Below are positions 8,934 to 16,801 of a stretch of DNA of 28,154 bases, piece after piece. The translations under genes and the position numbers were made by a program. Position 1 is the first letter of the stretch. The number at the start of each line of letters is the position of its first letter. Origin of the DNA: Pseudobacteriovorax sp. (GTDB lineage Bacteria > Bdellovibrionota_B > Oligoflexia > Oligoflexales > Oligoflexaceae); NCBI GenBank assembly GCA_050293845.1, contig JBNKNM010000054.1:1-28154 (forward strand), read 5' to 3'. The notes below the pieces were generated by a model. That model saw only the letters and a list, made by a program, of their open reading frames with translations. It ran no database searches and was not told the DNA's origin.

Positions 8934-11900
8934 TTATTGTGCTGACTTGGCCATACTAAGCACGGTTTCTGGTCCTTCCAATTGCAATAGATAGGCAGCC
9001 AGTTGATCGCGCTGCTGTAGCGTCAATATATCAGTGCCACCATGACTATTTGAGTTCAGCAGGTCTTGCAGCGTGGCCGCCTGGCCATTGTGTAAGTACG
9101 GCGCCTTGAAGCCGAGGCCAAGCAGAGACGGTGTATCGAATCCTAGACCTTCCAAAGGCGTACCGATGCCCAGGCCGGAATTGGGCTGGATGGTGCCGAC
9201 GTCGTGACGCTGGCCATCGGTGTAGTAGTCGCCGCTATGGCAGGTAGTACAGTTCAAGCTGTGGAACAGTGCCTCTCCAACCACAGCATCGACGGTCAGG
9301 CTTCCATCACCGTTGCGATAGGGACTGACTGGGGTTTCGCTCAGCGATGTAACGTAAGCTGCCAAGTCATCCAGATCACTATTCAAGCCCGCCTTGGCGG
9401 CTCCAAGCGGATTGGCGGTGGCAGCAAAGTCAGCCTCCGATAGGAAGCCGCTACCACCGAAAGCGTTGCGCACGTCGTTTTCGAAATCCTGGATTTCGTC
9501 AAAATTCGCTGTCCAGTGGACGTTGCCATCGCGTGTGCCGGCGGCACCGATCAGACTGCGGGTGTTGCGCAGGCCTTCACCGCGATCGGTGAAATCCCAG
9601 ATGCGGCCGTCGGAGTCACCACCTAGGTGACACGAAGCGCAGGTCAGATAGCCATCGAGCGCCATACGAGTGTCGTTGGCGTTGTAGAAGATACGTTTGC
9701 CGTTCAGAACCTGAGCCGATAGTGGCTCGTTAGCCACAGTTTTGACCAGGGCCAGCGACGGCGCTTGGAAGTCAGTGCCTTTTATCAGGCCACTGGTGTC
9801 GAAAACCTCCACGCTGCGACCCAAAAAGTTGTGCACATATAGTCGGTGACCATCAGCGCTGATCGCCAAACCTTTTGGCGCGCGGTCGGTGATCAATTGA
9901 CCTAGACTGGAGCCGGCGTAGGCATCGAGCAATTCAACCTTATTGTTGGCCTGAAGCGTTACGAAAACGTAATCGCCCAGTGGCGTGAACACCGCATCGG
10001 TAGCCAGATTGGAGTCATTGAAATCGAACTGGGCGGCGAAGTCCTCTCGATTTGTCGCTAAATCGATTTGCGAGACGATGGTGCGCACTGTGCTCTCAAA
10101 AGTCAGGGCTTCGCCACTTAAGAAAGTACCGCGACCGGTGTTGACTTTTTGTGACGGCACCCAGGCGCGATCACCATCTGGCGAGATGGTGATCGAAGTC
10201 AAATAGTTGGGATAACCTTGGGAACGGTCCTCACTATCGATAGTGGTGGTATCGTTTTGTAGCACAATCACCTCAACCAGATCTAGACTTGAGGCACTGA
10301 CTCGCCATACTTCACCCTGGGGTTGAATCGGCGAAATAAAACGCGTCACATAGATATTCTGCCCGTCAGCCGAAACCGCCAGGCCGCGTGGCGTCGATCC
10401 GATGTAGAGGCTGTCGAGCAATGCCCCGGTATTGGTATCCAGCGATAGCAGTTGCCCGCTGGCCTCCAGGCTGACGTAGACTGCTCCACCGGTCGGATTG
10501 AAAACCACGCCAAAAGGCATAGAACCTCGCGGTAGCTCGACTTTGGTCACTAGCGTACCATTTCTACCATCTAACACGCTCAGGCTGGCATCACCCTGAT
10601 TTGCCACCCAGACATCGCCATTATTGGCAATCGCCAGAGTGTGTGGTTCCCGGCCGACACTGACTTCCCAATCGACCTGCAAGGTGCTGGCATTGATCGC
10701 AGTCACGGTGTCGGCATCAGTATTAGCAGTATAGATGCGGCCGTTGGCTTGCTGGATGCTTGACGTTCGCGTCGGCGCTCGACGGGTCAAAGGGCGATGG
10801 ACGGTTTGGAGCCGGTTTGCGGTGGCCATATCATTGCTGGTATCGCGCACCGTGACGATCACTGGATAGTGACCGGCAACGGCGTAGCGGTGGCTGGCAC
10901 TGGCATCGATACTGAACCCCCGGCTGCTGCCATCGCCAAAATCGAAGGCGTATTCCAAGGTGCCCTTGCCGCCGTCACCTACGGCGACAAACTGCACCGT
11001 CTGACCTGTTTCGGCGGCAGGCGTAGCGGCCAACCCCACCGACAGCGGTGCTAAAATTTCATCAAATAAGGCTCGCTGCTGATTGATCGAATTGGCAAAA
11101 GTACCTCGAGAGACCTCCATCCAAGTATTGCCATCGCGGCTGACTTCGACGCGATAATCCGCGATGCGGCCATTTTCATTGTTCTGACGCGGAAGATAGT
11201 CGATGCCGCGGAGCACCTGAGCACCGTCGAGTTTCAGCGTGATGTGATGCGGATGCACTGGATTCGCCGCCTGCCATTGGGTGTGCCAGAAGGTGGCGGG
11301 GTTGTTGTCAATGGCGTTGACAGCTGAACCGTCTTCACCGACTAGCTCTTCGCTGTCGACGTCATACAGATCCAGCGTCGCGCCCGAAATGGCCATCAGG
11401 TTTTCATCCAACAGGGTGAGTTCGGCAACCGAGGTCCAGGGCCGGCCATTCACTTCCGAATTGGCAATCAACTTCACAAAGCAGACTTCATCGCCAGCTG
11501 CGTTGCAGCCTTCCACCTGTCGCAACGCAGTGAACTCGTACATCGCAGCCCAGGTATTTGGTGGCAAACTAGTGAAATTAACGCGCATATAGCGAGCAGT
11601 GACCGCTCTGAATGTCAGCGTCTGTTGCATAGTGGTTTCGGGGTTGTTGCTGCGATCAGCAACGCGGGTCCAGTTGCTAGCGTCACTGGAAACCTCGATG
11701 TTGTAGTTGTATTGCACCCCGCCAAACTCGAAGCTCAGCTGAGCACCAGAGAAAAGTTGTGCGGTGCCGTAATCGACTTGATACCACTGTGGTGCTGCGC
11801 CGCTGCTAGCGGTCCAGCGGGTGCTATAATCGCCGTCGTTGCCATCGCGGGCCGGATGACCTGACTGACTGGTACTGGCGGTAGCCACGCCACCGCCGAT

Positions 11901-13478
11901 GGGGCAGTTGCCAGTACTACAATCGTCCGATCCGGAGCTGTCGACGGTGGTGAAGCTGGAGCTGAAGGCAACGTCGGTGGGGTTACCTGACCAGTCGGTA
12001 ATACCACCAGCGGGAATGATCACTTCATAGGTTGTATTGGCTTTCAACGCTGTGGCGGGGGTGAAGTTAACAATGTCAGCTTGACCACTATACTGGCCGG
12101 CTAAAGGCACACTGGTGCCTTGCTCGCGAACGATAAAGGTCGTGTTGTCGAGCGAGCTGATCAGCGCATTGTCGGCTAGTGCCAAACCAATGCGGCTTCT
12201 CAGGCTCTGATTAGTCGCACCGTTGCGAGGGCTGACCTGAGTGACGTTAGGGCCAGTCGAATCGGCTGCGGTTTGATGGACAATAAAGCCATTGCCGCTG
12301 CCGTGATCGTTGCCGATGTAAACCAAGTTGCCGAACACCGACACCTGACCGTGGTCGCTACCGCCTCCTATATTCAACGAGCCCGCGCCCAGCATCACCG
12401 GATCGGTGGGGTTATTCATATCGACCACGCTGACGTTTTCCTGGTTGCCGGAGAAATATCGATCGCCCTTGGTGGCGCAATAGAGTGCTTCATCGATTCG
12501 CAGTTCGTTCTTGCTCAATTCGACGAAGCGGTTCGGATTGCTGATATCGACCACTTGCATATAGGCTGGTGTGCCACGGTTGGTAATCATCACCTGGGAG
12601 CCGTTGAAGCAGATGGCGTAAAAGCTCTGACCGGGCGAGAAAGTGGTCAGTAACTGTGGTTTCGCTGGGTCGCTGATATCGATACTGGCAATGCGGCCAT
12701 TGGTGTCCATACTCGACACTACCATATGATTGCCCATAGCAAAGATCGGCCCAATGCGAAAACCACCGAGCAATGAAATCGGCGTGCGGCTAAGGATTTT
12801 CAGATTATTGATATCGCTCGTATCGATAACCGTGATGCCCTGGTTGGCGTTGGCGACATACAAGTATGGCGCCTGCCAAGTCAGTTGCCAGGAGGTGTTG
12901 GTGTAATCGCCGGCGGCAATATTGGGAATATCGAAGGCAGTGACACGCTCAGGTGGCGTGCCTGGGCCGACATCGGTGAAATCCCAGATTTCCACACCGT
13001 AGCCTGTTGGGATGGCGGCGTAAAAGCGTCCTCCTTGAATGCTGAAGCCAGTGCCATGGTTCTCCCGGAAATCGCCAGTTTCACCAATGAAGTGAGGGTT
13101 TTGTTGGCCGTTGCTATAGCCGTTGTAGGCATCGCCGAAGCGATAGGAGGAATCGTATTTGCGTGCCACCTGAACCGGGTTGCGAGGGTTGGACACATCC
13201 AGCACCAGCCAGCCTCCGGACGAGTGACCGTGATCGGGCGCAAATATGCCGACGAAATAGCCGTTGAACATATAACCCAAATTGAGGCCAAACGCCGCCG
13301 CCGGATCATTGTAGTTACTCGGAATACCGTGCGAACCATTGACCAACGAGATGCGCCGATACAGTTCATTAGGGTTGTAGTTGAGATTGCCCAAGCCTGG
13401 TCCGTTCAGGGCGAAGGCCAGTGGCACTGTGATCGAGAACAACTGCACACAAAGCATTAAATTTATTATTATTTTCAT
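8934..13478 (-). CDS. Large secreted multidomain protein: LVIVD propeller, Ig-like (Big_5), two F5/8 type C, PKD, YVTN-type propeller, di-haem cytochrome c peroxidase-like domain
   Basis: Signal peptide; AAGGAG RBS before the ATG at 13478; repeated (V/I)D(V/I)S(N/D)P; VTQVSPRNGAT...FSSSFTT; DGNDGDYSTRW and AIDNNPATFWHT; FDFGDG...HRYAVAGHY; YTANTDADTVTAI-type blades; CASCH (9627-9641) and CTTCH (9237-9251) with RNTRSL and FDTPSL..APYLHNG. Confidence 0.85.
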   Translation of the reverse strand: MKIIINLMLCVQLFSITVPLAFALNGPGLGNLNYNPNELYRRISLVNGSHGIPSNYNDPAAAFGLNLGYMFNGYFVGIFAPDHGHSSGGWLVLDVSNPRNPVQVARKYDSSYRFGDAYNGYSNGQQNPHFIGETGDFRENHGTGFSIQGGRFYAAIPTGYGVEIWDFTDVGPGTPPERVTAFDIPNIAAGDYTNTSWQLTWQAPYLYVANANQGITVIDTSDINNLKILSRTPISLLGGFRIGPIFAMGNHMVVSSMDTNGRIASIDISDPAKPQLLTTFSPGQSFYAICFNGSQVMITNRGTPAYMQVVDISNPNRFVELSKNELRIDEALYCATKGDRYFSGNQENVSVVDMNNPTDPVMLGAGSLNIGGGSDHGQVSVFGNLVYIGNDHGSGNGFIVHQTAADSTGPNVTQVSPRNGATNQSLRSRIGLALADNALISSLDNTTFIVREQGTSVPLAGQYSGQADIVNFTPATALKANTTYEVIIPAGGITDWSGNPTDVAFSSSFTTVDSSGSDDCSTGNCPIGGGVATASTSQSGHPARDGNDGDYSTRWTASSGAAPQWYQVDYGTAQLFSGAQLSFEFGGVQYNYNIEVSSDASNWTRVADRSNNPETTMQQTLTFRAVTARYMRVNFTSLPPNTWAAMYEFTALRQVEGCNAAGDEVCFVKLIANSEVNGRPWTSVAELTLLDENLMAISGATLDLYDVDSEELVGEDGSAVNAIDNNPATFWHTQWQAANPVHPHHITLKLDGAQVLRGIDYLPRQNNENGRIADYRVEVSRDGNTWMEVSRGTFANSINQQRALFDEILAPLSVGLAATPAAETGQTVQFVAVGDGGKGTLEYAFDFGDGSSRGFSIDASASHRYAVAGHYPVIVTVRDTSNDMATANRLQTVHRPLTRRAPTRTSSIQQANGRIYTANTDADTVTAINASTLQVDWEVSVGREPHTLAIANNGDVWVANQGDASLSVLDGRNGTLVTKVELPRGSMPFGVVFNPTGGAVYVSLEASGQLLSLDTNTGALLDSLYIGSTPRGLAVSADGQNIYVTRFISPIQPQGEVWRVSASSLDLVEVIVLQNDTTTIDSEDRSQGYPNYLTSITISPDGDRAWVPSQKVNTGRGTFLSGEALTFESTVRTIVSQIDLATNREDFAAQFDFNDSNLATDAVFTPLGDYVFVTLQANNKVELLDAYAGSSLGQLITDRAPKGLAISADGHRLYVHNFLGRSVEVFDTSGLIKGTDFQAPSLALVKTVANEPLSAQVLNGKRIFYNANDTRMALDGYLTCASCHLGGDSDGRIWDFTDRGEGLRNTRSLIGAAGTRDGNVHWTANFDEIQDFENDVRNAFGGSGFLSEADFAATANPLGAAKAGLNSDLDDLAAYVTSLSETPVSPYRNGDGSLTVDAVVGEALFHSLNCTTCHSGDYYTDGQRHDVGTIQPNSGLGIGTPLEGLGFDTPSLLGLGFKAPYLHNGQAATLQDLLNSNSHGGTDILTLQQRDQLAAYLLQLEGPETVLSMAKSAQ

Positions 13479-13710
13479 TGGAACTCCTTGTCGGAAGACG
13501 AACGGTCCATCCGGATGCACTGTGATTTCTACAGTATCGGCTGACGTGCTTTGCTGGAAGTCAATCTGATACTTAGAAACTGGTCAACTTTAACCTAGCC
13601 TAGTTACTTCACCGTCGCCGACGATCTTCCCTTTGCTGCCAGTGAGAAAGGAGCAACAACACAAAGAAACCAGGCAGGGAGATTTGAACCACTCCAGGTT
13701 TGAGGTTGCA

Positions 13711-13730
13711 ATTTTCAACGCTTTGAAAAT
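13711..13730. promoter_or_regulatory. Palindromic candidate operator upstream of the large gene
   Basis: ATTTTCAA-CGCT-TTGAAAAT, a perfect 8-bp inverted repeat. Confidence 0.3.
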
Positions 13731-13787
13731 GTTTTCTTTCCCTTAATGAGTTTAAAACCTAATCAGTTTATGATGCCCAGTGTCGTA

Positions 13788-14085
13788 CACAACGAATTCA
13801 CAAACAATTGACAGCCTCCCGCCACTAAACCGCTAGCGCATTTCTAGTGGGGGATTCCTGTAGCACTTCAACCACAGCGATTCTCTCCCGAACGGGAGCT
13901 GTTCAACACAAAGCAACCAGCTCCTTAGACATACAGGCTTCACAGACGTTAGCCTCTCCCTGTTGTACTCGAGTTCACAAACCTTTACGGCTTTACACAT
14001 GGAAGGATATTCATCCATGCAACTAAATACTGACTTTTCAAAGAACTCAATTCACTTGGGTGCGTATTCACAAACCGCCCACGAT
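13788..14085 (-). ncRNA. Candidate stand-alone TnpB-type omegaRNA (IS200/IS605 right-end-derived scaffold plus putative guide)
   Basis: Minus strand reads GTTCTTTGAAAA ... AACGTCTGTGAAGCCTGTA ... TTGAAGTGCTACAGGAATCCCCCACTAG...TTAGTGGCGGGAGGCTGTCAA; several stems; own promoter; no tnpB ORF. Confidence 0.6.
13808..13860 (-). mobile_element. IS200/IS605-family right end (GAAT, subterminal hairpin, TCAA)
   Basis: GAAT (13854-13857) sits directly 5' of an imperfect hairpin (13818-13853), with TCAA at 13808-13811. This is the G_R/C_R arrangement known from IS608 and ISDra2. Confidence 0.75.
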
Positions 14086-14091
14086 TGAGAA

Positions 14092-14120
14092 ATCATAGAA
14101 GAATGGAAAACTCATGTCGA
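14092..14120 (-). promoter_or_regulatory. sigma70-type promoter directed into the omegaRNA-like element
   Basis: TCGACA (14115-14120), 17-nt spacer, TATGAT (14092-14097); each box matches consensus at 5/6. Confidence 0.6.
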
Positions 14121-14592
14121 TAAAAAACCTAGTAGTTGTCTACGTTCTAGTGAGAATTTCGGAGAGTAATGTTAAAAGCCCACCTCTAGTTCGAAAGTCT
14201 TCTACAGTCAATAAGAAGCGTTTTAGCTAGTGACGATCCTAGGTCTAAGATTCGTGCTTTGCTGATGATATCGAAAAAGTTGTCTAACTACGAAAATCAA
14301 AAAAACACATGTCAGGAAGGTATTTTGAGGATTTAGGACCAAGTCCCTCTTTACAGAAACGCTTTGGCTACAGGAAAAGAGTCACGATTGCTAATAGTCT
14401 AATCTATGGGTTGGAGTGGATAGGAAATAGGTTTTCCCGTTTAGTTAGGAAATGTCTCATGATTATCTACCAGGTATTCTCTAATTTTCTTTTCGCTAAA
14501 ATTATTAACCTCAGTGGCTATGCTTTGACGTTATATGCTGTATATCCTTAGCTGACTAAAGAAGGTGGCTGAAAAGCCTTTCGAAATGCAGT

Positions 14593-14997
14593 TCAACGAT
14601 CTTTCTTTCGAAAGACAAATTTTAAGCCCGACCAATCATCATCGACAGCACAGACCTTTATGTCTACTAATCCAGTTTCTAAACCCATAGATCGAACAAT
14701 ATCTCCCGTAAGATCCGTTTCAAGGTTTGAAGTTTTCTTGGGCCACGAAACCCACAACGTTCCCTCTTTACTTAGGTTTCTTTTGAAACCAGGAAATTGC
14801 TTTTTTAATTCAGAAGAAGACTTCATAAATGCATGAATAAAGTCAGTATTTGAAGATAATCTTGCTTTGATTTTTACGGAAGATAGCGAAGGTTTTAAAA
14901 CCTTCTCAATAGTCCTGGGAAGATTTAAGAAATACGCTGTAGTCTCGCTTTTGATCCCAAGTTTTTTTGCTAAGGGAGTATCAGAATATCCGGTCAT
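14593..14997 (-). CDS. DUF3052 family protein
   Basis: MTGYSDTPLAKKLGIK, LWVSWPKK and GLVDIKVCAVDDDWSGLKFV motifs. Confidence 0.85.
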   Translation of the reverse strand: MTGYSDTPLAKKLGIKSETTAYFLNLPRTIEKVLKPSLSSVKIKARLSSNTDFIHAFMKSSSELKKQFPGFKRNLSKEGTLWVSWPKKTSNLETDLTGDIVRSMGLETGLVDIKVCAVDDDWSGLKFVFRKKDR

Positions 14998-15153
14998 TGG
15001 TTTTTTCCAAGTGAATTACTGAGTGAGTAACTTGTCCATTGACGAGTATCATAACCTCCTAAACGCGCTCATGATTAACGTCGATAGATGATAATACCAA
15101 GTTGCATTGCACTAAGGCGGAGTAATCTTTCACAAATGTCATCATGATGGTGA

Positions 15154-15199
15154 CAGGAATACCCCCACTATAGCTGCTTTAGCGGTTTAGTCGCGGAGG
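15154..15199 (+). repeat. Second, degenerate IS200/IS605 right-end hairpin copy
   Basis: CAGGAATACCCCCACTATAGCTGCTTTAGCGGTTTAGTCGCGGAGG aligns with the minus-strand copy at about 13814-13860; the TCAA terminus is absent. Confidence 0.65.
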
Positions 15200-15558
15200 A
15201 CACCACGTTCATCATCAGGCCATAGATTTATATCAAACTCTAATTCATGTTTTGCATAGATATATTGCAGATTGAAGAAGTCTTCGAAATCGATGGATTC
15301 CTTGCGAAAAATTTCTTTTGTTTTATTCCAAAGAAACTGATGGTCGGCAATATGCTTTTTTCTGAAGTCTTGAGGAAGGTCTTTCATGATATCAGCTTCA
15401 AGAATAAAATGATCTTCCATTGCTTTCAATAGTTTGTTTCTTAAACTGTTAACGTGTTCTTGGTCGAGTGTTTTGACAAGCTGTTTTGATATATCATAAA
15501 GGCAGAAATCTATATTACTATGGAGTTCTTGTAGGGACTTTTCTGTATTGATAGGCAT
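15187..15558 (-). CDS. Hemerythrin-like single-domain protein
   Basis: H ... HFILE (HxxxE) ... HIADH (HxxxH) ... HELEFD (HxxxxD) di-iron ligand pattern; start uncertain (ATG 15558 or GTG 15588). Confidence 0.65.
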   Translation of the reverse strand: MPINTEKSLQELHSNIDFCLYDISKQLVKTLDQEHVNSLRNKLLKAMEDHFILEADIMKDLPQDFRKKHIADHQFLWNKTKEIFRKESIDFEDFFNLQYIYAKHELEFDINLWPDDERGVLRD

Positions 15559-15729
15559 AGAATGTTTCCCAATTGATCGATATAACACTGTTATTCTGAG
15601 CTATATGCTACGGTGCCCATTATAATGGGAACCGATATCGATTGCCACTTTAATTTTTTTGATCTCCGAGAGGAGAATATTAAGTATTATAAGTCTTGCT
15701 CAATAATTAAAGGACTTGACTTACCATTT

Positions 15730-16356
15730 TATAATGATGGAATACGGAGAGTTGTTGTCAAAAACCTGTCTGATGGTGATGTGGTTGTGGCACTGTATAA
15801 CCAAGGCCAAACAACAGTCGATATACCGACGACTGCAAGAGCTGCGGGCAAATCAGGCTCCGACTTTAACCTATTAGATGTCTGGACAGGTGACGTATCT
15901 TATACAAGTGGTACCATTTCAGCCTCTGTAAAGGCCCACGATGTCGCTGTATATTGCCTATCTGGAGGTTCTCTTTTGCCAGGATTTGCTTTGATCAGCG
16001 CTTCTGTCAGTGCCTGCCTTGATTTGCCAGAGAGTTCAACTGTTAATGGTACCAATCCTATTATCTGGAGTTGTTCTGGGGCGGAAAATCAGCGTTGGAA
16101 AATGCAAGGTAACATAATTCAAATATTTGATAAGTGTTTAGATGCAACTTCCAACCCAGTTGCCGGCACTCAAGTGCAAATTTGGGGCTGCAATAAAGGA
16201 AGTACTCAACAGTGGTCTTTCCAACCTGATGGCACCATAAAAGGTTTATCTTCAGGACTATGCTTAGATGTCTACGGAAATAATACCGAGAATGGAACTC
16301 CCATCATCCTTTGGAATTGCGGCAATGTAGTTAATAGACGATGGGTAAAATTTTAG
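15730..16356 (+). pseudogene. 5'-truncated GH27 alpha-galactosidase remnant: C-terminal beta-sandwich plus ricin B (CBM13) domain
   Basis: VVVKNLSDGDVVVALYNQG...DVWTG...ISASVKAHDVAVY is the melibiase C-terminal domain; three QxW-type ricin subdomains (CLD...NQRW, QQW, RRW). No catalytic barrel or signal peptide, and the ORF's first ~40 codons look non-coding. Confidence 0.7.
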
Positions 16357-16801
16357 AAATTTTCATAAACAGCTAATTATAATCAGTATAGACAAAGAAG
16401 CTGGTAGAAAAAAAAGTTCGCTGCAAATATAGGGCCCACTTTTTTGCCGGCCTCGCGCTCAAAGAGTCATGGATGGAAAGATCCTTCTATTACCCTTTAA
16501 CGTGTCAGCCCAGAATCGCGTCGGGTGACCGCATAAATTCGTCATGATTACTGTCGGGATAATCAAGAAACTTATTCTATAGTTGATGCCTGCTGACCGC
16601 TTTAGGCCCCAAACTTTTTTTTAAGTCCTGGTGTGAACTTCATAACCCATCGATAGATCATAGTATTAGCCTTTGTAGGCGACGTTCATCAGCCATTTCT
16701 TCCAAATCCCTGTAACTTTATGCAATACATTTACGAATTAACTATTAACTTGGGGAACCCTAAGCATCTTAGCGGTAAGTCAATGATTTGTGGAGGTTTT
16801 A

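Noticed and set aside
9204..13569. Many antisense or alternative-frame ORFs within the large gene
   Set aside because: Expected shadows of GC-rich coding sequence; no motifs.
13670..13695. tRNA T-loop-like GGTTCAAATC on the minus strand
   Set aside because: The flanking T-stem does not pair and no cloverleaf or acceptor stem is present.
13833..14018. 61-aa ORF over the structured element
   Set aside because: No RBS or protein motif, and no TnpB zinc-finger or RuvC residues; better explained as non-coding RNA or element sequence.
13793..14075. CRISPR array interpretation of the three 13-mers
   Set aside because: Repeats too short, spacing irregular (93 and 177 bp) and no cas genes.
14309..14551. 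80-aa plus-strand ORF
   Set aside because: No RBS, atypical composition, no motif.
16408..16622. A/T-run inverted and loose direct repeats in the intergenic region
   Set aside because: Mostly homopolymer matches; no convincing element or RNA family recognised.
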